A DNA stretch of 64,000 nucleotides from Marsupella aquatica (taxonomy: Eukaryota > Plantae > Marchantiophyta). Position 1 is the stretch's first letter. Each line of letters begins with the position of its first letter. Below, piece by piece: positions 38,135-50,266 of this stretch. Location of the stretch: contig OZ316897.1 in the NCBI GenBank assembly GCA_973895155.1, positions 19,230,168-19,294,167 on the forward strand, read 5' to 3'. A program made the translations under genes and the position numbers. The notes under the pieces are model-generated. The model had not been told where the DNA came from, searched no databases, and saw only the letters and a program-made list of their open reading frames with translations.

Positions 38135-39296
38135 ATGTCTTCATCCTCTACAACTTCCACCACATCAGATTCCTCTTCCAATGAAGAAAGTCATCCTCCT
38201 CCTCAACCTGAACCAACCGTACGTCGACCTAGTGGTCCACCACGCCAACTTTGTGGTTGTAAAAAATGTATGGGGATGGTTGTCCAAAAGTCATATGTAT
38301 GTGCGGAGCACATTGCTCGATATGGCCAACATCGAGGTCTTACACCGGGAGCTTCTTCATCCCGTATGGTGAGTTGTAAACTTACTGTGATTTCCATTTT
38401 ATTTTGTAAATCTTGCTAGGTAGCATAAAATAAAATTTGGGAGGTTCATCACACTCACTTGGTTCCATTTCTTCCTATAGGTATCCAGTAGGCCTACACC
38501 CACTACACCAACACCCTATGTTCCCTCACAAGGAGTTCTAGATGCTATAGGCTCGGCACTTTCACAAGCTTTTCGTTTAGTGGCAGCAGGGCAAGGTAGT
38601 GTTGGGACAATTAAGGGTGACGGTATTGTTACAAGAGGGAAAAAAAAGTCAAAAAGACAGCCTAGAGGGGAAGTGGATCAGTACACTTGTAGGGTTGATG
38701 GTAGATGGGGCCCTTGTACCTTCACAAGGAAGTGTGTTCCTATCATAAAGGATTGGAATCCGGAGTGCCTTGGTTTGCCATGTGATATAACCTATGGTGA
38801 GGAGATAGAAGTTTGGGGAAGACGTTGGGTTGTCAAGAGTTCGACCCTAGGGGAGAGGCATGGGTATGGGATTTTCTCTTGTCAGGACATTATTGTGGAT
38901 GATATGGGTGGAAAAGGGCGCTCTTCAGATGGACCAACGTTGTTCCCGTATGGTGGACCCATTTACAAGAGGAGACATTGGAACATGATCCTTGTTCAAC
39001 ACCCTGAGTGGAAGACTTATGCATTGGACATGGATACTTTTGATGGTTGCACCAGAAAGTATTGTGACCAGCGTATAATTGATGGTGATCCCATCCGTAG
39101 TGGGAATATTGCCGGTTTCATCAACAGTACTGTGGGGACCCGGCCTAAGCGTAGGAAAAACTGTGAATGGGTTTTTGTTGATGGTCCCCCTCCAGCCCCT
39201 TATGGGCAGAGATATCATCATGACCATTGTCTAGTTGTAGCTAATAGGACCATTCTGGTTGGAGAGGAGTTGTTTACACATTATGAATGGGATTAG
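38135..39296 (+). CDS. transposase-associated Cys/His module fused to a SET domain (predicted 349-aa splice product)
   Basis: Exon 38135-38368 (QLCGCKKC...CAEHIARYG; donor GTGAGT, phase 0) plus exon 38481-39296 (acceptor TTCCTATAG, phase 0, no stops). SET motifs: VKSSTLGERHGYGIFSCQDI, YGGPIY, YALDM, IIDGD...GNIAGFINS, NCEWV, VVANRTILVGEELFTHY. Confidence 0.85.
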
Positions 39297-39446
39297 GATT
39301 ACTTTAGGAACATGTATTATACGTTCATCGTATGTGAACGTATGTTTTGTAATGACATGTTCTTTTTATATTGTTAATAATATGTTTCGAGCACTACTAT
39401 ATTTGGCGTTAATTTCATTGTGAATACTTTATTGTATTTTCTATAG

Positions 39447-42400
39447 AATGTGCGGCCTAGTCAAGATATGTTGCCAAGGAGGTTGAGAGCTACATATCAA
39501 GAAATGGGCTTGCCACAAGACGGGGAAACATCATCAGCAGATTCCTCATCAAGTGACAATGATAATGACAGTCCAGATGAAGGGGCACCTCGGACAGATT
39601 ATGAGGTCATGCAAGACCAAGAGTCAGCCATGGATGACTTCATGACAGATTGGTTTGGTGTAGACATTGGTGGTGAAGGAGGTGTCCCACCCAATGAAGG
39701 AGACCCTCCACCAAATGTTGCACATGATCCAAGGCCTCAACGTACACCTGAAGGACAAAAACAATGGGAAGAAGCTGAGGCACATGCTAGAACACCTATT
39801 TATGGGGGTGCTCGTTTGAATAGACTATCTGCCATCTTGGCATTGATGAATCTTCATGCAAAACACAAGGCAAGCAATACGCTACTATCGGATTTGTTTG
39901 CAATTTGCCATGATCTCTTGTTACCTAGTGAAAATCTGTTGCCAGGAACTTGGAAGGAGGCAAAGAGGGTTCTATCATCCATTGGCATGGAATACCATAT
40001 CATTCATGCTTGTGTGAATGACTGCATTCTCTATCATGAGACCAATGCCAGCGCAACTGAGTGTCCAATTTGTCAAGAGCCTCGATATGAAACCAACATG
40101 TTGACCTCAAAGGTGCCTAGAAAAGCTGTTCGTTGGTTTCCTATTATTCCTCGATTGTTGCACATGTACCGATGTTCTGACTTGGCAGAATTGATGGTAT
40201 GGCATAAGACACATCGATTAGAGGCCGGTGTCATGCGGTTGCCAGTTGATTCCCCTGCTCACAAGCATGTGGAGTCACAATGGCCAGAATTTGCACGTGA
40301 CCCTCGTCATGTGAGGTTGGGGTTGGCATCAGATGGGGTAAGCCCACACTCCCTTGGAGGGAAAGGGCGCCCTACTTCGGTTTGGCCGGTGGTTGTTATG
40401 AATTACAACCTTCCCCCATGGTTGTCCATGAAAAAGGGATTCTTATTGCTATCATTGATTATCCCAGGTCCATCTAAGGTAAAAAACATGGACACCTACT
40501 TGGCGCTCTTGGTTGGGGAACTCCATAAATTATGGGGGGGTGTATGGGCATATGATGGTCGGACAACTATAGGAGGGTTACCACGTGTCTTCCAATTGAA
40601 GGGAATCATTATGTGGACCATGCATGACTATCCAGGTGAGTGGTATGGATTTGTATTTTTTTCATGTATTGGAGATCAAGTTTGTTTGGAAGGAAGTCCC
40701 TCTTTAATTCTATGTACATGAACTTTTCAATTCCTTTGACTCTAATTGAGAATGTTATTTTGTGAGCAGGGTTTGGGTTTGTTTCTGGGTTCCAAACTCA
40801 AGGGTACAAGGCATGCTCCACTTGTGGTCCAAGCCTTCACGATATGGCCAAGTACTCAAAATGGCTGCACAAGATAATCTACCTTGGTCATACCAAGTTT
40901 CTTCCACTTGGGCATCACATGAGGTCTGACCCCCTTTTGTTTTCAGACTTTGACATGATCAATGGTGATGAGCGTGAGATACCTGACCGCACAACATTTT
41001 CGTATTGGAAATCCATAGCTGATAGGGTGGCAGACCCTGAAGATGCCATGGGATTTGATGGTAGTGGATTGACAAGGTGGGGTATACTGGCCACTTTGCC
41101 CTATTGGCCTGAGTTGAAGATTCATCACTTGTTAGACCCCATGCATATAGAGGGAAATGTTGGGAAGGCTTTGATCAAGCACTTAATTTTATGGGGAAAA
41201 GAACATTAATTTTAGGGAGGCATGCCAGGATCTAGAACGACATCCAGATGTATGGATAACAGTTGATGAATCCACAGGGATGGAACATCGTCCTTCAGCT
41301 CCATGGGTTTTGAGTGTTGGTGAAAGAAGAGAGTTTCGACAACGCATAGGGCAGATCATGCGGTTTCCTACAGGCTATGGTGCCAATCTACGTAAGGCTT
41401 TTGGGATGGAGGACAGTCATAAATGGCCAATGTATCTCAAGACACATGACTATCATCGTTTACTACAACATATACTTCCTGTGGCAATCATAGGTTTGGG
41501 GAGTGAAGAAGTGCAAGACGCCCTTTGGTCACTAGGCACTTTGTTGAGATGGATATGCTCAAAGGAAATATATGAAGAAGAGATACCACGGATGGAGGTA
41601 TTGGCAGCAGAGGTGGTATGCAAGTTGGAGAAGGCCCTCCCTCCTTCCTTCTTTGATTGTCAGATGCATCTTCTCGTTCATCTTGTGAGGGAGGTTGCCA
41701 TTGCCGGTCCGGTGCATTGTAGGTGGATGTATTGGCTGGAAAGGTATATGGCCGTGTTAAAGGCTTATGTACGGAACCGTGCACGAGTGGAGGGGAGCAT
41801 GGCAACTGGATACTTGGCAGCTGAGAGTATGTTTTATTGTAGTAACATCTTAGCTACCATTGATCCTAGTTTTCCACGCACTTGGATGGAAGAGAGGGAA
41901 GTGGAGGAGGACCGTTTAACAAGTGCAAAAAAAACACGCTTACTAACCGCAGTGGAGTTGACACAGGTTAGTACTTTCATGTTGAGTAACAGCAATGTGA
42001 TGGAAGATTGGAGAGAGTTTTATGAGGATGCAAAGAGGGAGAGTCGTCGCCCAAGGATCTTTCCAAAGTTCCTTGAGTATATGAAGGAGAAAGTACTTCA
42101 GTTGGATGCTATGGTGGCCCAAGGTGAGAATGTATCACATTTTCCAGATATGACTCCTGAGGTTCGAACAATTGTTCATGGTCCTTTAAGACTTGTTCAA
42201 ACCAGAACAGCAATGTGGACACAAGGGAGGCATTTCAGGATTTCTGACCTTGATGAGAAGAGGGGAAGAACTTTTGATTGTGGAGTTCAAGGGCAGTTCA
42301 TGCAAGATTCACAAAGTAGCCGTCATGACACTAATGTGATCAGAGATGTGGTGCCTCACTATGGGAAGATTGAGGAGATCTTGATCATATCCTATGATGC

Positions 42401-42722
42401 CGATTCCAAATTTGAAGAGTATGTCTTCAAGTGTAAGTGGTTCAAAATTCACCTGGTTGGTGATAATCGCACGGTACTTCTTGATGAGTGTGGGTTTACT
42501 CGACTGAAGACATCAGCAACTAGCTTTCAACCATCTCATTGGCAAACATCTGAACCATTTACATTCCCAAGTCACCTTGAGCAGTGTTTCTATATTCCGT
42601 ACCCACCAGACCTAGAGTGGTCAGTTGTTATACCGTATGTGCCACGGTCCCGTTCCATTATCTCGGAAAAACCTGACGTTATTATTGTGTCAAATGGAGG
42701 CGAGGATGAGGACCAGGTTTGA
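39447..42722 (+). pseudogene. CACTA TnpD transposase core (Transposase_21, DUF4218 and DUF4216-type regions), one frameshift
   Basis: IHACVNDCILY, CPICQEPRY, FPIIPRL, LGLASDGVSP, YNLPPWL, LIIPGP, TMHDYP|intron 40636-40769|GFGFVSG, LDPMHIEGNV, KTHDYHRLLQ, HLLVHL, GPVHCRWMY..ER, YGKIEEI, FKCKWF. A net +1 frameshift (probably a 4-bp insertion) near 41186-41190. The acceptor at 39446/39447 is in phase with exon 38135-38368. Confidence 0.95.
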
Positions 42723-43465
42723 TGCACTAGTAGTAAAACTTGTTGTGGGCCCAGAATTTGACCCTAAACTAACTATCATGGTTTTATTTATATTAACATA
42801 TTACTTTTCTTCTTTTGTTTTACAAACACTTAATTGGACTTTGAAATTTCATCTCACTGTTATATATGCAACCTTAGCCGTTTCCAAAGCTATCCTCATG
42901 CATGCCACCTTTTTGAAAACCCTAGCTGTAACCTAAACACATGCATTCTCCATCTTGTAAAGAAACTCTCTCAAACATTTCCATTCTACAAAATTTTCAA
43001 ACAACTCTCTTTGCAAAACATTTTCAAGCTTGTCAAGAAGCAACTTCTGAACACTTTGTGAATAACACACCATCGGTAATTGTGATGCCAATGTGTTCTC
43101 AACTTTGCGAATCAACTGGATTCGGTAACTTGCGACTATTTATGCTTCACAATATTGTGCGAAGCTAATAGGTTCACAATATATATTTGAGTACATTATT
43201 ATCGCTAAATTATGAAACAAAAGAGATCCAAATGCAGTCGCGATGGTCGCGGATCCACAAATACTTTGCGAGACGAATAGTATCTGAAAGAGTTGCGAAT
43301 TCAATCCAATCTCCAACAAATTGCGAGGTATTTAGCTTCACAACACCTGTGAGCATGGTTTATTGTGATGCGTGTTTGATCACAAAATATCTGGAGTCGA
43401 TGACATCGCAAGACCATCCCAGCGTCAAAAAAAAGCTTCGCAAAAGGGGCCAATATGTAGTAGTG

Positions 43466-45808
43466 AAGTCAGGCCTAGTACAAGTCATCAAATACATCAG
43501 ACTGCCTACTGCCTTCTCATAAGGAATCTTAGCCATCAGACCTTTCTCCACAGCATCCGTAGGAGAGAAAGCCGATGATAACTTGAAATGTGAAGCTAAA
43601 GGAATACTCACTGGCTTATAGTTCTCCATGTTGAATCGTGCAAGTACTTTCTTCGCATACTGGCCTTGACTCAAGCACAACTGTCCAGTCTCAGAGTTCC
43701 TAAAAATCTCCATCCCTAAGATTCTCTTGGCCTTACCAAGATCCTTCATCTTGAATTCAGCACTCAATTTCAGAATGTCAACCTTAGATTGATCTTTAGC
43801 CACAATCAACATGTCATCCACATAGATAACCAGAATGATGAAACCAAATACATCATTCTTGACTGATTTTGTATACACACAAGGATCATACATCATCCTT
43901 GTAAAACCTTAAGCAAGCATGAAATCATCAAACCGCTTGTTTCACTGTCTGGGAGACTGCTTCAATCCATACAAGGACTTGAGCAATCTGCAAACTAAGT
44001 TCTCTTGGCCCTTCTTCATAAAGCCTAGTGGCTGTCTCATGAAGATCAGCTCTTCCAAGTTGCCATAGAGAAAAGCAGTAACAACATCCATCTGATCCAT
44101 CACCAGACCAAAAAACACAACAAGCTGACACAAGATCCGAATTGTGGAATACTTAGCAACCGGTGAAAAGACCTCATTGTAATCCACTCCTTTGTCCTGA
44201 GTGAATCCCTTGGCAACAAGCCTTGCCTTGTAGATCTTGTCTCCACCCTCTGAAGGACTATCCTTCAACTTGTAAATCCACTTGCTGTCTACCACTTGCT
44301 GACCTCTTGGAAGCTCCACCAGTTCCCATGTTTTGTTGTCACTCAAAGATTACAACTCCCTTTGCATTGCTGCATTCCACTCATGCTTCTGCTCTGAAGC
44401 ACAAGCCTCACTATACGAAGAAGGCTCTCCTTCTTCCAAGATCAAAGCCATATCATCTTCATCAGGTGCAATGTCAATATCATCTAGCTTACTTAGATGA
44501 GTCTGCCCATTGACCATACCTGGTAGGAGCTCTAGTAGAACGACTGGAAGTTCTTCTAGTAGATGACTCAGGCTGATCTATTGCTGCTGCTGGTTGAATT
44601 TGAGGTACCCTAGCAACAATCTGCTCCTCTTGTTCCATCACAGGAACCAGCTCCAAGCCCGGAGCTTCTCCATCTCTCCTATCATGAACTGCATCATGAC
44701 TAATCTCCCCCTCAACCCGGTCCGGGATGGGAGATTTCCCCTTGTCAGTATGGGAGTCCTGAGAACTCTCCCCCTCCTTTGATGATCTGGATTCATTAAA
44801 GGACACATCTCTACTGACAATTAGCTTACAGCTTACTGGATCCCATAACCTATAACCCTTCACACCTTTCTGATAACCAAGGAAAATGCACTTCTTCGAC
44901 TTGGACTCCAGCTTGGATCGAAGCTGGGAAGGTGTAAGCACATAAGCATCACATCCAAAAATCCTCACATGTGAGTAATCTGCTGGACGCCCGTACCTCA
45001 TTTCAAATGGCGTCTTGAATCCAATAGAACTAGATGGAGAAAAATTTACCAAATAAGCTGCAGTGTTGACAGCTTCAGCCCAAAACTCATGTGGTAAGCA
45101 TGATTGACTCAACATACTCCTCGAGCGGTCCAATAGTGTTCGGTTGAGTCTCTCAGAAACACCATTCTGCTGAGGAGTATAACTTGTTGTGAGATGGCGG
45201 GTAATCCCCTACTTCTTACAATACGTTCCAAATTCCGCGGAACTGTATTCACCGCCGTTATCCGATTGAAGATATCTCACCTTATTACCAGTCTGATTCT
45301 CAACTTGGGCTTTCCACTCCTTAAAAGTGGCAAAAACATCAGACTTATTGTGTAGAAAGTATATCCACACATACCTTGAGTAATCGTCTATGAACATGAC
45401 ATAGTATAACCGTCCAGAATGTGAGGGAGTAGGGGCTGGACCCCACACATCACTATGTACATACTCAAGTACCTCCTTGCTGGTGTGAGTTCCAACTCCG
45501 AAGGGTTTCCTGTGCTACTTCCCTAGCACACAGTGCTCACAAAATTCCAACTTACAAGATTGCAAATTAGAAAGTAATCCTTTCTTCTGAAGAATAACCA
45601 AACCTTTTTCACTCATGTGGCCCAAACAGAAGTGCCACAGCCAGGCCGTCTCCTCATGAGATAAGGTTACATTGGCTTCATCACAAACTACACTGCCCTC
45701 CAAAATGTATAGATTGCTATGTCTCTTTCCCTTCAATACAACTTTAGTACCAGTTGAAACCTGAAGGACACCATTAGCAGAGCTCCACTGATGGCCATTT
45801 GCTTCTAA
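43466..45808 (-). pseudogene. copia GAG-pre-integrase, integrase and RT remnant
   Basis: WHFCLGHMSEKG...CEHCVLGK, FIDDYSRYVW, SDNGGEY, YKARLVAKGFTQ, IYVDDML; several stops and frameshifts. Confidence 0.93.
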
Positions 45809-46139
45809 CACTAGTACATATTAAGCTGATTTCCGATGCTCAATTTTTGCAAACAATCGGCGTCCGATTCTTTTAGCATCGGAAATTCCGATTATCAAAA
45901 AATGGCAATATGCCATACTCTCGACTTCGGATATCTTCATTTCCGATATAATTGACAACGAAACCTTTCCGATGCGTTAAAAAACGGATCATATCCGTTA
46001 GAAAACACATCGGATCCCTCAACAGAAACTTTGATTGATATGTCCGATGTTTTTTGTAACGAAAATGATGTGCGTTACAATATTGATCGGAAACTTTCCG
46101 TAGTTAATAATAACGGATATTATATCCGATTGTGCTAAC

Positions 46140-46295
46140 ATGGCAAAGTCCGATGCTGGGAGTATGGGAAAGTCCGATGCTAGAAGAATGGGAAAGTCCG
46201 ATGCTGGAAGAATGGGAAAGTCCGATGCTGGGAGTATGGGAAAGTCCGATGCTAGAAGAATGGGAAAGTCCGATGCTGGGAGTATGGGAAAGTCT
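46140..46295 (+). repeat. 24-bp subterminal tandem array ATGGGAAAGTCCGATGCT(GGGAGT/AGAAGA)
   Basis: About 6-7 consecutive copies; inverted counterpart at about 47145-47290. Confidence 0.93.
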
Positions 46296-47144
46296 GGTTA
46301 TGACAAAAAGAAAATTTTTGATTGTGTTAGAATGAAAAGTTTTGATGTGTTAGATGGGGTATGTGGTTGCACTGACATACTCTTCCCAAAAGATGCAATC
46401 ATTCTTGCATGCATGAATAACTTCATACTTGAGGCAAATGGACTTGAGTGTTATTTTTGCCTCATTCCAAGACCCAGCATATTGTTCCCTTACGGAAATA
46501 TGTGCTCAACATGCCAAGTCCAAAATACATCATCTAGAAGGAGGTTGCTTGTCCCATGTAGTCTTTGTTGCAAGTCCAACAACAACATAGTTGATAAAAG
46601 ATGAGACAATCAGGAGCCATTGACGCTGAGGCTTTGGAAGGACCAAAATATCATCCATAACTAATAAGCCATAATTATCCCATATCAAATCTAATGAAGG
46701 AGGGCTTTACTATCCATGAATGACCCCTGCCAGATTTCTATTGGTTTCTCCTAGGGGAATGTAATAGGGTAACTAGAATAGGTCACTTGATGCAAAGATC
46801 TAATCTCATGATAGAGAAAAATGGATCAAGAATGGGTCCAAATTATGGGTCTTAGTAAACTCACAAGTGTATAAAATCCCCAAACACTCTAAGTCAAACA
46901 ACAAAAGTGCTAAGCTTGCATGTACAATGTAAGGAATAAGAACCACAAAGTTAAGCTCATGTTGGAGGAATAGCAATTGGGATGGGTGACCAATTAGTTG
47001 AGAAAATTTGAAGAGTTCACATGTCAAGGGAGATGGGCACCTAGCTCATAGTTCCAAATGAAAGTAGAAACCCAATTAAAGGAAGAGATGGGTGACCTGA
47101 GCATGTCGCGTCCGCTGAAATGCATATCCCATTTTGATTGCTTT

Positions 47145-47290
47145 GGACTTTCCCATTCTCCTAGCATCGGACTTTCCCATTCTCTCACCATCGGACTTTC
47201 CCATTCTCCTAGCATCGGACTTTCCCATTCTCCCACCATCGAACTTTCCCATTCTCCCTTCCCATTCTCCCACCATCGGACTTTCCGATA
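47145..47290 (-). repeat. inverted copy of the 24-bp subterminal array
   Basis: CATCGGACTTTCCCATTCTC repeated about 5 times. Confidence 0.9.
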
Positions 47291-47432
47291 GAAGTCTGAT
47301 TGTCGATATCCGATACTATTAAAATGGCATGTTGCGATGCTAGTAGTATCGGATATATGGTTTTTCAAATTTTATTTTACAAAGGCGTCCGATGTGGAGA
47401 GAATCGGAAAAAGGAGGTAAAATGTACTAGTA

Positions 47433-48770
47433 TAAAACTCCAAGTGAAATGAGATTTTTCATCATGCTGGGAATATGTCTCACATTCCTCAACGTTCTCA
47501 CAACACCATCAAACATCTGAAATCTTACAGATCCAAGTCCAACAACTTGACATGGGATTCCATTTCCCATCAACACTGACCCATTGGAAACCGTGTAAGA
47601 ACAGAAACAATTTCTCCTAGAGCAAATGTGAAAAGTACATGCACTATCTAGAATCCAGTCATCACTACCTGGATTTGACACTACGTTGAGAGCATAATCT
47701 TGACATCACAATATGTCATCATCATCGAGTAAATCTACCTCATGCGAGCTCGATGTCGCATTAGCAGAGGCAGTAGGGACCTTTACTCGACAATCCCTTT
47801 TCATGTGGCCAGGCTTGCCACAATTCCAACATGCAAGAGGCTTCCTCTCTTGCGATTTCCCTCTGGATTTAGATCTCCCCCGTGATGTAGATCTAAACCT
47901 GTTCTGCCCATTCGTGCGCTGCGCTGCTCTTCCCCTGTTCACATTGAGCGCAGTGCCAGAAGAAGATGTTGTGTGTGATTGACCCAACTTCTTCTGAGCA
48001 TCATTAGATAACAAAGAGCTCACCACCTCATTATACAAAATGAACTTCAGATCTCTGTACAAGAGCACTTGTTTCAAGCCCTGATATGACGGCGGTAAGG
48101 AGCTTAGCAGAAGCAAGGCCTTATCCTCATCTTCAACTCCTTTTCCCAGGTTTGACAGATCCACTGCTAGACTGTCAAATTCATCCAGGTGATCCTGCAT
48201 CTTGCTCCCTTCCTTGAGCCTGAGGCTCATCAAGAGAGACTTCTTGTACAACCGGTTTGACGCATCTTCCCGGTAGTACTTCGGTCTAAGAGCCTTCAAC
48301 AGTGACGCACAATCCGCATAATCATCCAGTTGCTTGATGATGTGCGGCTTGAGATATAGCATCACTGCATTGACAGCAATCACCTGCTCCTGTCTCCACT
48401 GTCTCAGAAAAATCTTCTCCTCCCCATCATACTGCTCTCGCGATGAAAGCAGATGAGCTAAGCCCATGGCCCGCAGAATACCCTTCACTTGCTTCTCCCA
48501 CAGCAAGTAATCAGTACGACCATCGTACTTCTCCACCTCAAACTTTACTCCTCCGAATCTAGCCATCTCCCTCTTCTTCCCTACTACCGACAGCTCTGGT
48601 AGTAACACAGCTTCCTCCACTGCACGCCGCACCGGTGATCGTACCGGTGTCACTAGTTCTTCCTCAAACGGTAGCAGCTCCTCCTCAGACTCTCCGTCTG
48701 ACCGTCGCGATCCTGAAGCTCCACCGACGCCAATTCTTCCAGTATCCTCCGAGTCACTCATATGAAACAA
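47433..48770 (-). pseudogene. copia gag (with zinc knuckle) and protease
   Basis: KFEVEKYDGRTDYLLW, EDEDKALLLLSSLPPSY, CCHC knuckle CWNCGKPGHMKRDC, protease WILDSACTFHI; in-frame stop at 47706 between gag and protease. Confidence 0.92.
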
Positions 48771-50266
48771 TCACGAAAAAACATCTTTTTCAAAATTTCT
48801 CATAAACTCAAAACTCAACACCGCCGCGTAGCCCACGAAGCTAGGAGTCCAATACTGAAATCCGAAATCAAAATCAAAATTCGACGGAAAAGTTATTCAA
48901 ATTTCGGTCGGGGTGGGTAAAACCTTGGGAAACTCCCCCGTTTTGACCACCTCGGAGAACAACCGAAATACCAAGTACAACCTATAGTCGGAATCGCGAT
49001 GTGATTGGTGCGCCTCGTTGCTAACTCCAGTGGCAACGTCCTCACCAAAAAAGAACCAAAAAAGTTACCGTTTGGCGGACGGAATCTTTGTGTGACGGCC
49101 AAAAAATAGCTCTCTATTTTTTGGGAATATTCCCGCACAGTCCAACAGGGCTCACAGGGGGCCGTTCCCCCTGTCGGAGCGGTTAAAATGGAGGGTCACA
49201 GGGCCCGAGATGAGGCACAACCAATGAGGAGGAGGAGAGAAAAAAAATTCAGAAAAACACACTCTAAAGGGGTCTTAAAGCCCCTGGCAAAAGCGCGCAT
49301 ATTCGCGGCAACGCGCGCATATTTGCGGCCAGAATCGCGTATAAACAACAAAAAACGTGAAAAAACGGGTTTAAAGGGGTCAAAACGCGCGTATTTTCGC
49401 GTTTTTGGCCGTATTTGGGCCCAAAAAAGCACGTTTTCACGCTTAAAGGGGTGTGGGAGGCCGGTGTGCGTGCCGGGGCGTATGGCGAACCTGGTTTGTC
49501 GGGTATTGGGGCCGTATTGGGGCAAAAAATGCCCTAAACTAACCTTAAAAATGTGCCCAAAATGACACAAAGGCCGTGTTACAAACCTCAGCCGCCTCCG
49601 CTTTGGTTTCCAATGAGAAAAGTGATGACCGCCGACATGAAAATGTTTCCGAATTGCACCGGCACGTCTGAAGCTCCACCAGAGAAAGAACTTCTATTGC
49701 GTCGCCTTCACTCCGCGTCAAGTGCCAATCGCGGACTCAAAATGACCGTCTCACCACGATCTCTCCGTTGAGCCTCAGCACTTCGCGTTTCTTCCTTCGA
49801 GTCAAGCGTCACGACAAGTAATCCAGTTCAGGGAAAAACAAGCACTATAGCTTGTCAAAAAACCAGAACGCCTCCTTCACTCGTCACGACGCACTCGTTC
49901 CGCAAACGTCAGCAAACTAGATACCAAAACGACCAGCACGCTCCAACCTTCAACTTGAACTATCACATGCGACGCCCCGCACACCGCACAGCTCACACCG
50001 TTGAAGAAACGATCTCTGGTTTCTCCCCCGAAATACCGTCGAACACGAATAAACCCTGAACGACGCAAACATCAAATCCTCCGCACCACGGATACCGATC
50101 AACGAGTTCTAACCACCGTTAGAAAGCCCTCTCACTAACCTATCTGCACAACCACATACATTTTAGTTTCATGCGATGAAACTCTGAATGTACCATCAAC
50201 AATGAACGCTGGAAAAACTTGTCACGAAAAAACCTCGTCACCTCCCAGGCATGCTCTGATACCACT

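Larger units (their letters stand above)
33583..43465 (+). mobile_element. CACTA (En/Spm) DNA transposon, 9.9 kb, carrying TnpD, an ORF2/TnpA-like gene and a SET-domain exon
   Basis: Ends CACTACAACACTATCGGCCGGTTTTGCGAAG and CTTCGCAAAAGGGGCCAATATGTAGTAGTG (imperfect TIR); 3-bp TSD AAG (33580-33582 and 43466-43468). Removing it restores the copia RT frame TRPD-LALAMGK. Confidence 0.96.
45809..47432. mobile_element. non-autonomous CACTA element (1.6 kb)
   Basis: Left end CACTAGTACAT; right end ATGTACTAGTA (terminal G>A); TSD TAA (45806-45808 and 47433-47435). Removal restores copia LGVL-EANG. Subterminal TCCGAT motif arrays at both ends in inverted orientation. Confidence 0.92.

Noticed and set aside
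46140-46295. 24-bp array as a CRISPR array, or the MGKSDAGS-repeat ORF (46140-46604) as a gene
   Set aside because: Units abut with no unique spacers, there are no cas genes and the context is eukaryotic; the array is a CACTA subterminal repeat with an inverted twin, and the ORF is a by-product of the 24-bp period.
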